A stretch of DNA of 64,000 nucleotides from contig CAVSWL010000003.1 in assembly GCA_963731655.1 (NCBI GenBank), positions 24,443 to 88,442 of the forward strand, read 5' to 3'. This document shows positions 43,352-51,895 of this stretch, in pieces. The DNA is from an uncultured Gammaproteobacteria bacterium (GTDB taxonomy: Bacteria > Pseudomonadota > Gammaproteobacteria > JAAEPA01). A model generated the notes under the pieces. The model saw only the letters and a program-made list of their open reading frames with translations. It ran no database searches and was not told the DNA's origin. Position 1 is the first letter of the stretch; every line of letters starts with the position of its first letter. A program made the translations under genes and the position numbers.

Positions 43352-44581
43352 TCATAACAAACCTATATCCGGCACCAAGACATAAACGCCAACCACATCC
43401 ACCGGCAATTGCGGGTGAACCTGGTATTTGCCGCGGGCCTCGGCGGCTTCGCGGGTTCGGCGGTGGTCGGCCAGCAGGGTTTCGGCTCGTTCGCGGGCGA
43501 GTTGTTCAAACAAAGCCTGCCGCGCCGGCAGTTCGTCGATGGCTCGGGATAACTCACGGTTTTTTCTTTCCAAGGGCATGTTTTTACTGACTTTCGCCTG
43601 CATCAATTGCAGGGCCTGCTGCTTTGGCAATACCTTGGTTTTGCCAGCGCCGGTTACGGCCACGGCCAGCGCTTCTTCTCCTAATAAATCCCGGGCGGCG
43701 TCGCCGCGCTTGAGCGTGAGGCGCGACCGCAGCCGCAGTAGATAAACGATGGTTTTGGACTCGACGTCCGCGGTGTATATCGCACTGGCGCGGGCGACCA
43801 GTTGGGTGTTGGCGCCGCGCATGGCCATTTCCGCCAGGTAGTCCGCGAGCTGGCTTACCAGCGGATGGGTGCGGTGGATAAACTCGGCGTGAGCCGCGCT
43901 CGGATATTGGAAGTCGATTTTCTTGAGTTGCAGCAAGCCGGCAGCTTCCAGGCGGTCTTTGAGTTGTGGATGCTTGTCACCCACGTGTTGCAGTGGCGCA
44001 CCGAAACCTCCGATTGAGATGGGCTGCAGCGGCGCGCCCAGCCGGTCCAAGGCGTTGACGACAAAACGTTGTACGTCCTGCTCGGTACCCAACACGGCGA
44101 AGGCCTTTTCCCACTCTGGCAACACATCATCCGGCTTGAGTCGATTCTGTGCGAAGACGGTGCGGTTCTGCCTGGCCTTGTCACGGGCGGATGCCCACTT
44201 GGCATCCAGAGCCTGCACCTCTTCATCGTCGACAAAGAGATCGAACTGTTTGCTTGCTCGCCGCTCCTTGCGAAGCAAAACGGTATTGAGGATTGCCTGA
44301 GTCACCCGGTTGTCGTCTTCCGGCATAGGCACCGACACGCCCAAGGCCTTACGAATATTGTCGGCTTTGCGCAAAATGACTTGCAGTACGGCGCCGTCGA
44401 TCGGATTGTCATCGCCGTATAACATGAGCGCCTTGACCGTCCGCGCGCGCTGGCCGAAGCGGTCGACCCGGCCTTCGCGTTGTTCGTGCCGGGTGGGGTT
44501 CCAGCTCAGGTCGTAATGCACGACCGCGGTGAATTGATCCTGCAGGTTAATCCCTTCCGATAAACAGTCGGTGGCGACCAA
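43352..44581 (-). CDS. SNF2-family helicase, 3' fragment (helicase C domain plus C-terminal region)
   Basis: 409 aa with VATDCLSEGINLQ and WNPTRHEQREGRVDRFGQ. Confidence 0.85.
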   Translation of the reverse strand: MVATDCLSEGINLQDQFTAVVHYDLSWNPTRHEQREGRVDRFGQRARTVKALMLYGDDNPIDGAVLQVILRKADNIRKALGVSVPMPEDDNRVTQAILNTVLLRKERRASKQFDLFVDDEEVQALDAKWASARDKARQNRTVFAQNRLKPDDVLPEWEKAFAVLGTEQDVQRFVVNALDRLGAPLQPISIGGFGAPLQHVGDKHPQLKDRLEAAGLLQLKKIDFQYPSAAHAEFIHRTHPLVSQLADYLAEMAMRGANTQLVARASAIYTADVESKTIVYLLRLRSRLTLKRGDAARDLLGEEALAVAVTGAGKTKVLPKQQALQLMQAKVSKNMPLERKNRELSRAIDELPARQALFEQLARERAETLLADHRRTREAAEARGKYQVHPQLPVDVVGVYVLVPDIGLL

Positions 44582-46257
44582 AATCGGATCTTTATCGCTG
44601 ATTTTAGCTGTTCGATTTTTTCCTGTCGCTCGACCGGTGTCAGATCACCGGTTACGAAAATCACTTCACGGTGCTTGAATCGTTCGGCGAGTTGTTCCGC
44701 CAGGTATTCCGCGGTGGCGATATATCGGCAAAAGATGACCGGGTGATAACCCTCGTCCAACATGGGTTTGAGCATTTTCAGCAATGTTTTGAGTTTGGGA
44801 TCACCGCTGCTTTTGAGCCGTTGCGCGCGCCCGATCAATTGATTCAGGCGATCGATATCTTCAGGCAAGGCCGCCCCAGGTTCGGCGTCGTCAAAGCTGA
44901 GGCCATCGTCCGCGCCATCGAGCACACTGGCGGCCCCCTGGGTCTCCAGCGCCGCCTGCAATTGGTGTTCGTTTTCAGGGTCGGCATCAAGAGTGGTGGT
45001 TAAACGGGTGTTCAGCGCGCGAATCGCCGCCTGGGGAGAGGATGAAATACAACGCAACAAGGCCAGCGCCGCCCACCAGTTCATGCGCGCTTTAAGCGTG
45101 CCTTGATGTTCACGTTCGACCAGTTCGCGCGCATAGGCCAAGACGTCTTGGAAAATGGCCTCCCATTCATCGCTGAGCTGGTAAGTTGCCTCGGTGGTTA
45201 AGCGCTCCGGAAACAGGGTCATATCCTGCCATTCTCTGATATCTTGGCGGCGCCGCTGAATAAAATGTTCAGCCAATGCCAGCCGCAAAGGATGGTTCGC
45301 GCTTTCAATCTGTATGAGTTCTGCGAATTCGGGTTTGAGTAAGGACAACAAGTTGTAAAAGGCTTCTTCGTCGCCGCTGTGCGGCGTGGCGGTTAACATC
45401 AGTAAATGACGCGAACTCTTGTTGGCCAAATCTTTGAGCAGCTCGTAACGCTGTTGCCGTCCCTGGCCCCTGTGGGAGCAGGTATGCGCCTCGTCGACGA
45501 TGATAAAATCGGGGCATTGCTCGGCGAAGGCGTCCCGGCGGTTTTTATTCTTGACATAATCCAGCGAGACGATAGTAAACGGGTATTCGGTAAATATTGA
45601 GCTGCCGGCCGGTAAGCTGCGCTCCAGGCGGCCCGCGGTCGTCGAGCGCACCACGGCGGTCTCGATATGAAAACGGTTCTTGAGCTCTTCGTGCCATTGA
45701 TCGCAGAGGTGCGGTGGGCACAAAACGCTCAGCCCATCGATTTCACCGCGATCCAGCATCTCCCGAGCAATGAGCCCCGCCTCGATCGTTTTGCCGATGC
45801 CGACATCATCTGCGATGAGCAAGCGAATCACGTCGAGTTTCAGGGCCATCATCAGTGGCACGAGCTGGTAGGCGCGAGGTTCGAGGGCAATGTTGCCGAA
45901 ACTGCGAAACGGCCCGGCGCCGGCGCGCAGTTTCAGCATCAGCGCATCACGCAGCAACAAGCCGGCGGATTGCGTACCGGCTTGATTCAATTCCGGATAA
46001 GGAAAGCGGGCTGGGACGATCGCTTCGCGTTCCAGCACGGGTTCAATCACGGTTTCCGCATCGTCACCCCCGCCCAGGGGACGAAGATGGAGTCTGTCGG
46101 CTTCGCTCTGCGGCAGCACTACCCATTCACGCCCGCGCGCACGCACGATGCCTCCGGGTGTAAACGTTATTCGGTTATCGGTTCTCGGTTGCCGGTTATC
46201 AGTGGGCATTAGGTGGCTCCGAAGATGTCGGGGTAGCGGGCGATGATCGCGGGCCAC
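44506..46257 (-). CDS. SNF2-family helicase, 5' fragment (probable start at ATG 46209)
   Basis: ADDVGIGKTIEAG, IIVDEAHTCS and LMLTATPHSG. The frame is lost near 44597, where ..EQLKSA should continue DKDPILVATD. The start at 46209 gives a TAATG overlap with the upstream stop. Confidence 0.85.
   Translation of the reverse strand: MARDHRPLPRHLRSHLMPTDNRQPRTDNRITFTPGGIVRARGREWVVLPQSEADRLHLRPLGGGDDAETVIEPVLEREAIVPARFPYPELNQAGTQSAGLLLRDALMLKLRAGAGPFRSFGNIALEPRAYQLVPLMMALKLDVIRLLIADDVGIGKTIEAGLIAREMLDRGEIDGLSVLCPPHLCDQWHEELKNRFHIETAVVRSTTAGRLERSLPAGSSIFTEYPFTIVSLDYVKNKNRRDAFAEQCPDFIIVDEAHTCSHRGQGRQQRYELLKDLANKSSRHLLMLTATPHSGDEEAFYNLLSLLKPEFAELIQIESANHPLRLALAEHFIQRRRQDIREWQDMTLFPERLTTEATYQLSDEWEAIFQDVLAYARELVEREHQGTLKARMNWWAALALLRCISSSPQAAIRALNTRLTTTLDADPENEHQLQAALETQGAASVLDGADDGLSFDDAEPGAALPEDIDRLNQLIGRAQRLKSSGDPKLKTLLKMLKPMLDEGYHPVIFCRYIATAEYLAEQLAERFKHREVIFVTGDLTPVERQEKIEQLKSAIKIRFWSPPTVYRKGLTCRINSPRSCITT
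46165..46199 (+). repeat. heptamer array F: 5 units (CGTTATT CGGTTAT CGGTTCT CGGTTGC CGGTTAT)
   Basis: Read directly. It lies in the first ~14 codons of the SNF2 ORF, encoding TDNRQPRTDNRI on the minus strand. Confidence 0.9.
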
Positions 46258-47516
46258 TGGTTTTGTTCTTCCGGGAAGCGGATCACCGTCAGACCCGCCG
46301 CTTCCAGTTGCGCGGCCAACTCGTCGTCCAGATTCTTTTGATTAGGGTGCTCGTGATGCGGACCATCGATGTAGATGGTTGCTTGGTGTACCTGGTAGAT
46401 AAAATCCGGCCGGGTATTGAACCTCTCGATGACCACCTGCGCATCGTCGGGCAGCTGATAGCCGTTTTGTTTTAAATACACGACAAAGGCTTGTTCCGGC
46501 GAGTTGTCGGAGCTATTGCTGAGGGGATTATCGACTTGCTTATCATGGCCGCGTCCGCCGTTGGGGGTTTTAAGCGTCGCGTTTGCTAATTGCTTGAGCA
46601 GTTCCAGGACATCGGGATGTTGCCGGTCGATCAACTTGTGATCCATTTGGTTGTAGTAGCTAAGTAAACAGCGATAACAACCGGCTTCACAATCGGGATT
46701 GTTGTTGTGATGCGTTCGCCAATCGTCGTTGGTTTCGAAGTGGCAGAGCTGCAATGCACGAGTGGCGATCCTGCCCAGAGCGTCTTTATCGGTGGTCAAT
46801 CGGGTTAATACTCCGGCGCCGCCTTCGGCCGCCTCGTAGAATAAAATCGCATAGCGCTCATCGCGATTCGGCAGAGGTTCGCAGATCAATTCCGATTCTT
46901 CGATCTGATATTCTTCTTCGATGCCGCGTTTCAAGGCATATTGCAATGTCGTGAGCACTTCCTCATCGAGCCGATTTTTGGGTCTGAGGATCAGCACGTT
47001 GCGCCGATCCTCGACATAGGGTGTAATGCGATCGATCGTGCGCTCTGGTTTGGCGAAATCCTTTTCGTGTTCAGCCGGCGCCTGTTCGTCCTTAGCCCAT
47101 TCGCCGGTTACGGTATCGATATTGAATCCAAAGATTGACGCTTCTCTGCGGCGCCGCCAGCCGAGGTTCATGCGCCAAACCGTCGCGGCCGGGGCATACT
47201 GCATGCTAAGCAAGGGTTCATCATCGTGGCCAATTTCGCGCTGGACCACATTGAGCCCATTGCCATTTTTGGCGAACTGCACCGTGGTCTGCATGTCGTA
47301 GCCTTGGCGTTGGCGTTCTTCTTCGTCACAGGTGATACGCAATACGCGCCGAGTACTGACATTTTCGACTCGATAAAGATTGTCGATGCGTTTGCCACCC
47401 TCGATGGGCTCACCGCAGGCATTGCACAGCTCATCCTCAAGCTGTTGCAGGAAATGCCCATATCCGCAAGAGGGGCATAAACGAGCTTCTTTTTTGGCCA
47501 GCACGAACGATTCCAC
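46209..47516 (-). CDS. DUF1998 (DrmB-like) zinc-ribbon protein with a C-terminal DUF559/Vsr-like endonuclease domain
   Basis: 435 aa with CPSCG..CNACG, ITCDEEERQRQGY and CEAGCYRCLLSYYNQ (DUF1998 signature). The C-terminus RPDFIY..TIYIDGPHHEH..DDELAAQLEAAGLTVIRF is a DUF559-type PD-(D/E)xK pattern. Confidence 0.75.
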   Translation of the reverse strand: MESFVLAKKEARLCPSCGYGHFLQQLEDELCNACGEPIEGGKRIDNLYRVENVSTRRVLRITCDEEERQRQGYDMQTTVQFAKNGNGLNVVQREIGHDDEPLLSMQYAPAATVWRMNLGWRRRREASIFGFNIDTVTGEWAKDEQAPAEHEKDFAKPERTIDRITPYVEDRRNVLILRPKNRLDEEVLTTLQYALKRGIEEEYQIEESELICEPLPNRDERYAILFYEAAEGGAGVLTRLTTDKDALGRIATRALQLCHFETNDDWRTHHNNNPDCEAGCYRCLLSYYNQMDHKLIDRQHPDVLELLKQLANATLKTPNGGRGHDKQVDNPLSNSSDNSPEQAFVVYLKQNGYQLPDDAQVVIERFNTRPDFIYQVHQATIYIDGPHHEHPNQKNLDDELAAQLEAAGLTVIRFPEEQNQWPAIIARYPDIFGAT

Positions 47517-47522
47517 GTCTTG

Positions 47523-50255
47523 TCAATCGTTAATACCGAGCATGACCTTTTTTACGCGGTACTGACTGCCCTCGTGATAAATCAGGCTAAGCGGGCCGAA
47601 TTCGGAAATCGCCAGGAAACGCGGCCGGGCCAGAAAGCTGTCGCGGCCCACATTGCCTCGGCGGCCCTGGATATACGCTAACAGCGGCAAACGCGGGAAG
47701 TTATAGCCCGGTAAAAAGCCTTGGCTGGCGAGATAACGGTACGTTGAGAAATCTGAACTCATTTCACTGTGGGCGTTGAGCAACAAATTGATCTGCGTTT
47801 TTGCTTCGCTATAGCGGCGATCCGCCGCCTTTCGATCCCGCTCAACTGAGGCTGGATTGGCGATGATTCGATGGGCTTTTTGTAGCTGCTCTTCGGTTGA
47901 GGCATAGAGATCGCGCCAACGCCTGAGTGATTGGTCGAAACTGGCGAAGGCATTGTTAACTTTTGCGTTCAGCCAGTCTGCGTAAGCCTGTTCCAGGCTC
48001 ACATCTGACTCCAGCCAGACGCCTTGCGCCTGGATTAATCCGTCGCCTAACATCTTGAGTAAATTTAAACCGCGGCTAGCGGTCCTTTGGCGCACCTCGT
48101 CCGAGTCCATTTGTCGGGTAAACTCTTGCAGCAGCGGCATAGCATCGGGCTGATTCATATCGAGCATACCGTTTACCGTTTTTGGTAAGGCTTTGCCGGT
48201 TTCATTTAGCCACACTGCGTGCAGATGACTCGCGACCAGATCCTGATTTGCGAGATCCAATGTCGGTGGACTCACGTGGCCGTGCACCATCCGCGCCGGA
48301 TCGCTGAAGAAATATTGGTCATGCGGACTGAGCGCCGCGCAATAGGTGATGACCAATGCGGGTTGCCCGGAGCGTCCGGCCCGTCCGGAACGCTGCGCAT
48401 AGTTCGCTGGTGTCGGCGGAACGTTGCGCATATAAACGGTATTCAACGAGGCGATATCGACGCCTAATTCCATCGTGGGCGAACAGAACAGCGTTTTGAG
48501 CTCGGCGCTGCGGAATAGTTTTTCACGTTCTTCGCGGTCTTTTATCTCCACCTGGGCGGTGTGCTCCCTAGCCTGCAGATCAAACAGCGTGCGACCGCCT
48601 TGTCGGAGTATTTCCTTAATCGTGGTGTATAACGTGCGGAAGTATTTGTTATCGGAATGGTAAGGGTTGGTCGGATCGGGTTCAGGTCTCTCCTCAACCG
48701 CTTTCCATTGCAAAAACTCACCCAACAGCTGATAGCCTTGGACGCCGCCGCCCCCTTCTACTGGTTCTACCAAACCATAGGCCTGCAATGCTTGCATGAG
48801 GCTAAGAATTAGATCCGGGTAATTTTCATCGTTGAATTTGGGTAAGAAATGAAAATCTTCGCGCCAGATCTCCCTGCGTTTGAGAGCAAGCCCCAGCGTT
48901 GAGCGGCTGGATGCGGTGACGAGATTAAAATCATTGTTATGCCGCCGGGGTTTACTATCCAGCAGCAAAATACAAGCCGATTGCAAATATTCCTCTTCAG
49001 TGAAAGCCCAGGGTTCTTTTAAATACTGATAGCTTTGGCTCTTAAATCGCTCCTGTTGGATGGGGTCGAGGTAGCGGCTTTTTATACAGAGGCCTCGGCG
49101 CATGGTATCCAGCACTGCTTTAAGCGCGCGATAGCGGTTTTCAGGCGAAGCGTTTTTTAATTCTGGACAGGGTAGGTTTTCCCACTCGGCTTGGTCGCGG
49201 CACAGCTCTTCCAGGCCCACATAATCGATGCGCAACAATCCGAGTTGTTCAAGATTCGGATTATTAAAACGCCAGCCGCGGCGCAGATCGAAGTAAAGGC
49301 GGTAAGCCAACACGTTTCTGACGGCTTCTTCCGCCTTTCTCCGCCCAGGCCCTTTGGCAGCTGGATTTTCAAGATAATCGGCGCCGTCTTTATCAAAGCC
49401 CAAACTTTGAAATACCGCTTGCGATAGGTCGCTATCGGTCAAATACTCCTGGTCCGCACCTTCGACTGCGGCTAATAAGCCGGTCCGTAGCAAGAGAATT
49501 TGCACAAAATCGTTGTAATGGCCCGCTTGCAACGATGCATCCTGACGATTATCGGTAAAACCCAGCAGCTTTTTCGCGTCGCTGGTTAATTCGGTGTCGC
49601 GCTCCAACATGTAACGCAGAGCGGAAATAGTGAGTACAGTGGTCGCCGAAGAGCGCCCTTCACCACTGAGTGAAGTCAATCGCGTTTCGTCCCGCCCACG
49701 AGCCGCATGCGACATTCCACAACTCAAACAGAAACGGAAGCTTCCCGGTACGAACCAACCAGGGGCTCCTTTGTGACTAATTTCACCCCAAGGCGTAACG
49801 ACAATCTGTTGCGGTTTAAATTTTTTGTAACTGCTTTTAAGTTTGTAATCACCGTTCTTTGATTCGAGCCAATGCTCCGGATAATTATTCGAATCGCTTG
49901 CGTCCCACTGGCTAAGCGGATCGAACATGAAAAAGCCCCAATGGTCGTCTTCTTCTGCGCTGTCGCGTTCGTCGATCGGGCGCGGATTTAAAACACGTTT
50001 GTCGTCTTCCATTTCAAGCCATACCGTGTGGTACTCCTGACCGCATTGCCGGCAGAAATGCAGACTGAAAAATTTTTTACTGCGATCGCCCGGTAGGAAT
50101 TGTTGGCCGGTCAAATCGAATTCACGTTTTTCTGCAGGCTCAAGCGTGGAGAAGACATTGTTAGCCCCCGAAATAAACTGGTGCAAACGGAAAGCAAACA
50201 AAGGCTTGCCTTTGTTATCCCGGCAGTGATAGGCGGACAACAGGAACTGGCGCAA
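47523..50255 (-). CDS. DExH helicase (DrmA/COG1205-like), 3' part, downstream of an in-frame TAG
   Basis: 910 aa in the track, with the frame open up to 50423. Helicase C motifs are ELGVDIASL and YAQRSGRAGRSGQ. The C-terminal GFLPGYNFP..IYHEGSQYRV resembles the beginning of a DUF1998 region. Confidence 0.85.
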   Translation of the reverse strand: MRQFLLSAYHCRDNKGKPLFAFRLHQFISGANNVFSTLEPAEKREFDLTGQQFLPGDRSKKFFSLHFCRQCGQEYHTVWLEMEDDKRVLNPRPIDERDSAEEDDHWGFFMFDPLSQWDASDSNNYPEHWLESKNGDYKLKSSYKKFKPQQIVVTPWGEISHKGAPGWFVPGSFRFCLSCGMSHAARGRDETRLTSLSGEGRSSATTVLTISALRYMLERDTELTSDAKKLLGFTDNRQDASLQAGHYNDFVQILLLRTGLLAAVEGADQEYLTDSDLSQAVFQSLGFDKDGADYLENPAAKGPGRRKAEEAVRNVLAYRLYFDLRRGWRFNNPNLEQLGLLRIDYVGLEELCRDQAEWENLPCPELKNASPENRYRALKAVLDTMRRGLCIKSRYLDPIQQERFKSQSYQYLKEPWAFTEEEYLQSACILLLDSKPRRHNNDFNLVTASSRSTLGLALKRREIWREDFHFLPKFNDENYPDLILSLMQALQAYGLVEPVEGGGGVQGYQLLGEFLQWKAVEERPEPDPTNPYHSDNKYFRTLYTTIKEILRQGGRTLFDLQAREHTAQVEIKDREEREKLFRSAELKTLFCSPTMELGVDIASLNTVYMRNVPPTPANYAQRSGRAGRSGQPALVITYCAALSPHDQYFFSDPARMVHGHVSPPTLDLANQDLVASHLHAVWLNETGKALPKTVNGMLDMNQPDAMPLLQEFTRQMDSDEVRQRTASRGLNLLKMLGDGLIQAQGVWLESDVSLEQAYADWLNAKVNNAFASFDQSLRRWRDLYASTEEQLQKAHRIIANPASVERDRKAADRRYSEAKTQINLLLNAHSEMSSDFSTYRYLASQGFLPGYNFPRLPLLAYIQGRRGNVGRDSFLARPRFLAISEFGPLSLIYHEGSQYRVKKVMLGIND

Positions 50256-50423
50256 GTAACGTTCACAATGCTGTTTATTTAAGCCAGAATCGCTAGATAA
50301 TTGTTCGGCGGCCCATTGCAGGCTCCTCGGTTTTGCCCGGACCCAACGGCCTTCTTCTTTGTTGATTCCCAGCGTGAGTTCGATCCATGCCGATACAGGG
50401 TGCTCGCGAACCGCCTTGAATTT

Positions 50424-51425
50424 CTAGACGGCGGGCAAGGGTTTTTCCAGCGCAGCAGCCAACTTTGCCCCCGTCGGTTTTTCAATCATCGGGGTTTGGC
50501 GTTGGAGCGTTTCGGTGATGATGTGTTCCGGCTTGACTTTACCGCCGAAAAGTTTAGTGGCTACGTCGGCTACGGCGCCATTGCGTGCGGCAAGACTCCC
50601 CTCGCTGGCCATGGTCGCCGATGTGCCTATGCACTGCACCTGCGAATTTAGCGCTTCACGCACCCGTCGCACTAACATGGCGACATCGGCGCCTTGGCGG
50701 CCGCGGTAGGTATGGAGCTCATCGAGAATCAGGAAATTCAGTCCCTCGGCAGCCCGGATCACCTTGCGATCCAGATCGTCCTGCCGCGTCATGAGCAGTT
50801 CCAGCATCATGAAGTTAGTCAGGATAATGTCCGGCGGACAGGCAGCTATCGCCTGGCGTTCTTCCTGAGATTCTTGTCCAGTATAGCGGCCGTAGGTGAC
50901 TGGCTTGTTGCCCCCATAGTGACCCAGGAATTTATCCAATTCTTCCTTTTGAGAATTCACCAAAGCATTCATCGGATAAATAATGATGGCCTTGATCGAA
51001 GGTTTCAGATCAATCGCCTTGGCTTTTAACACGGCATCAACGATAGGAATGATATAGCTAAGCGATTTACCCGACCCGGTGCCCGTGGTAAGTACATAGC
51101 TTTCTTTGCGGTGCGCGATTTCGATGGCGTCTTGTTGATGTTTGTGAAGCTGGGCCGATATCCCTGGACTGCCCTTGCCGTCTCGACCAAATCGAAAAAT
51201 ATTAGCGCATTCGGCATGCAACACCCCCTTGGCAACCAACTGTTCGACATTGTCCCCGGCGACAAAGGCGGGATTGAGCTGGATGAGAGGCGCAGGCCAG
51301 TAATTGCCTGCCTCATAGCGTGCGGAGACGAATTGCTGGATATCCGGTGCTTTTATTGTCGTGAAGCTGGTCGTGAATGCCTTGTAATCGGCAATCACCG
51401 CATCGCGGTATTCGAAAACGTCCAT
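50424..51425 (-). CDS. DExH helicase (DrmA/COG1205-like), 5' part ending at an in-frame TAG
   Basis: 333 aa with TTGTGSGKSL (motif I), LILDELHTYRG (DExH) and GTSAT (motif III). It is in the same frame as the 47523..50423 ORF. Confidence 0.85.
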   Translation of the reverse strand: MDVFEYRDAVIADYKAFTTSFTTIKAPDIQQFVSARYEAGNYWPAPLIQLNPAFVAGDNVEQLVAKGVLHAECANIFRFGRDGKGSPGISAQLHKHQQDAIEIAHRKESYVLTTGTGSGKSLSYIIPIVDAVLKAKAIDLKPSIKAIIIYPMNALVNSQKEELDKFLGHYGGNKPVTYGRYTGQESQEERQAIAACPPDIILTNFMMLELLMTRQDDLDRKVIRAAEGLNFLILDELHTYRGRQGADVAMLVRRVREALNSQVQCIGTSATMASEGSLAARNGAVADVATKLFGGKVKPEHIITETLQRQTPMIEKPTGAKLAAALEKPLPAV

Positions 51426-51895
51426 GCAGCTAGCTCCGCTCCCTTTGAGTTCTCCCTATAGAATGTAGACTCCACCACTAATATATTGCACCGCCTGGAC
51501 AACACATCCAGCTCGTTTCGTTTTGCTGTTGCTTTGAAATAAGGAGTGACGACGTTACGTTTCAGGCACTAAATACCTTTCTCTCAAGCAGAAGACACAC
51601 CCGGTCAAGATCATGTACGGCAATTGGTGCAAGTCCACTCTTGGTAAGTTAGGCTATCGGCCGAAGCGTGAAAACTTTAGCGTCCCATCAATAATGCGGA
51701 GCGCTGTAGAATTGTTTAAACACCGCAGGGAAAGGACTGCAGTATTCAAATCTTATAGGTGGAGTTTTTAAGTGAAGATCATATATTCTTAGTCTACGCT
51801 TTATGGCCTAGTATCGAACACGCGTTTTCGCGCTCGAGTGTCGGTCGCCACTGGTGACACCTGGAAATTAGATACTTACGGTACATATTGATTAT

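Noticed and set aside
37574-46199. Could the heptamer arrays be a CRISPR array or degenerate CRISPR repeats?
   Set aside because: The units are 7 nt and directly abutting, with no spacers, no 24-40-nt repeat periodicity and no cas genes in the window.
47523-50426. Could the in-frame TGA and TAG be programmed recoding (selenocysteine or pyrrolysine)?
   Set aside because: I could see no SECIS-like stem-loop immediately downstream of the TGA and no pyl/sel genes in the window. The same operon carries frameshifts and a MITE, so simple inactivation or a natural gene boundary is more parsimonious.
51615-51680. GGTGCAAGTCCACT, resembling a tRNA T-arm or the B12-riboswitch GGTGNAANTCC box upstream of the helicase operon
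   Set aside because: No complementary stem for a T-arm, no acceptor or anticodon arms and no B12-box follow. An isolated 11-nt resemblance is not enough.
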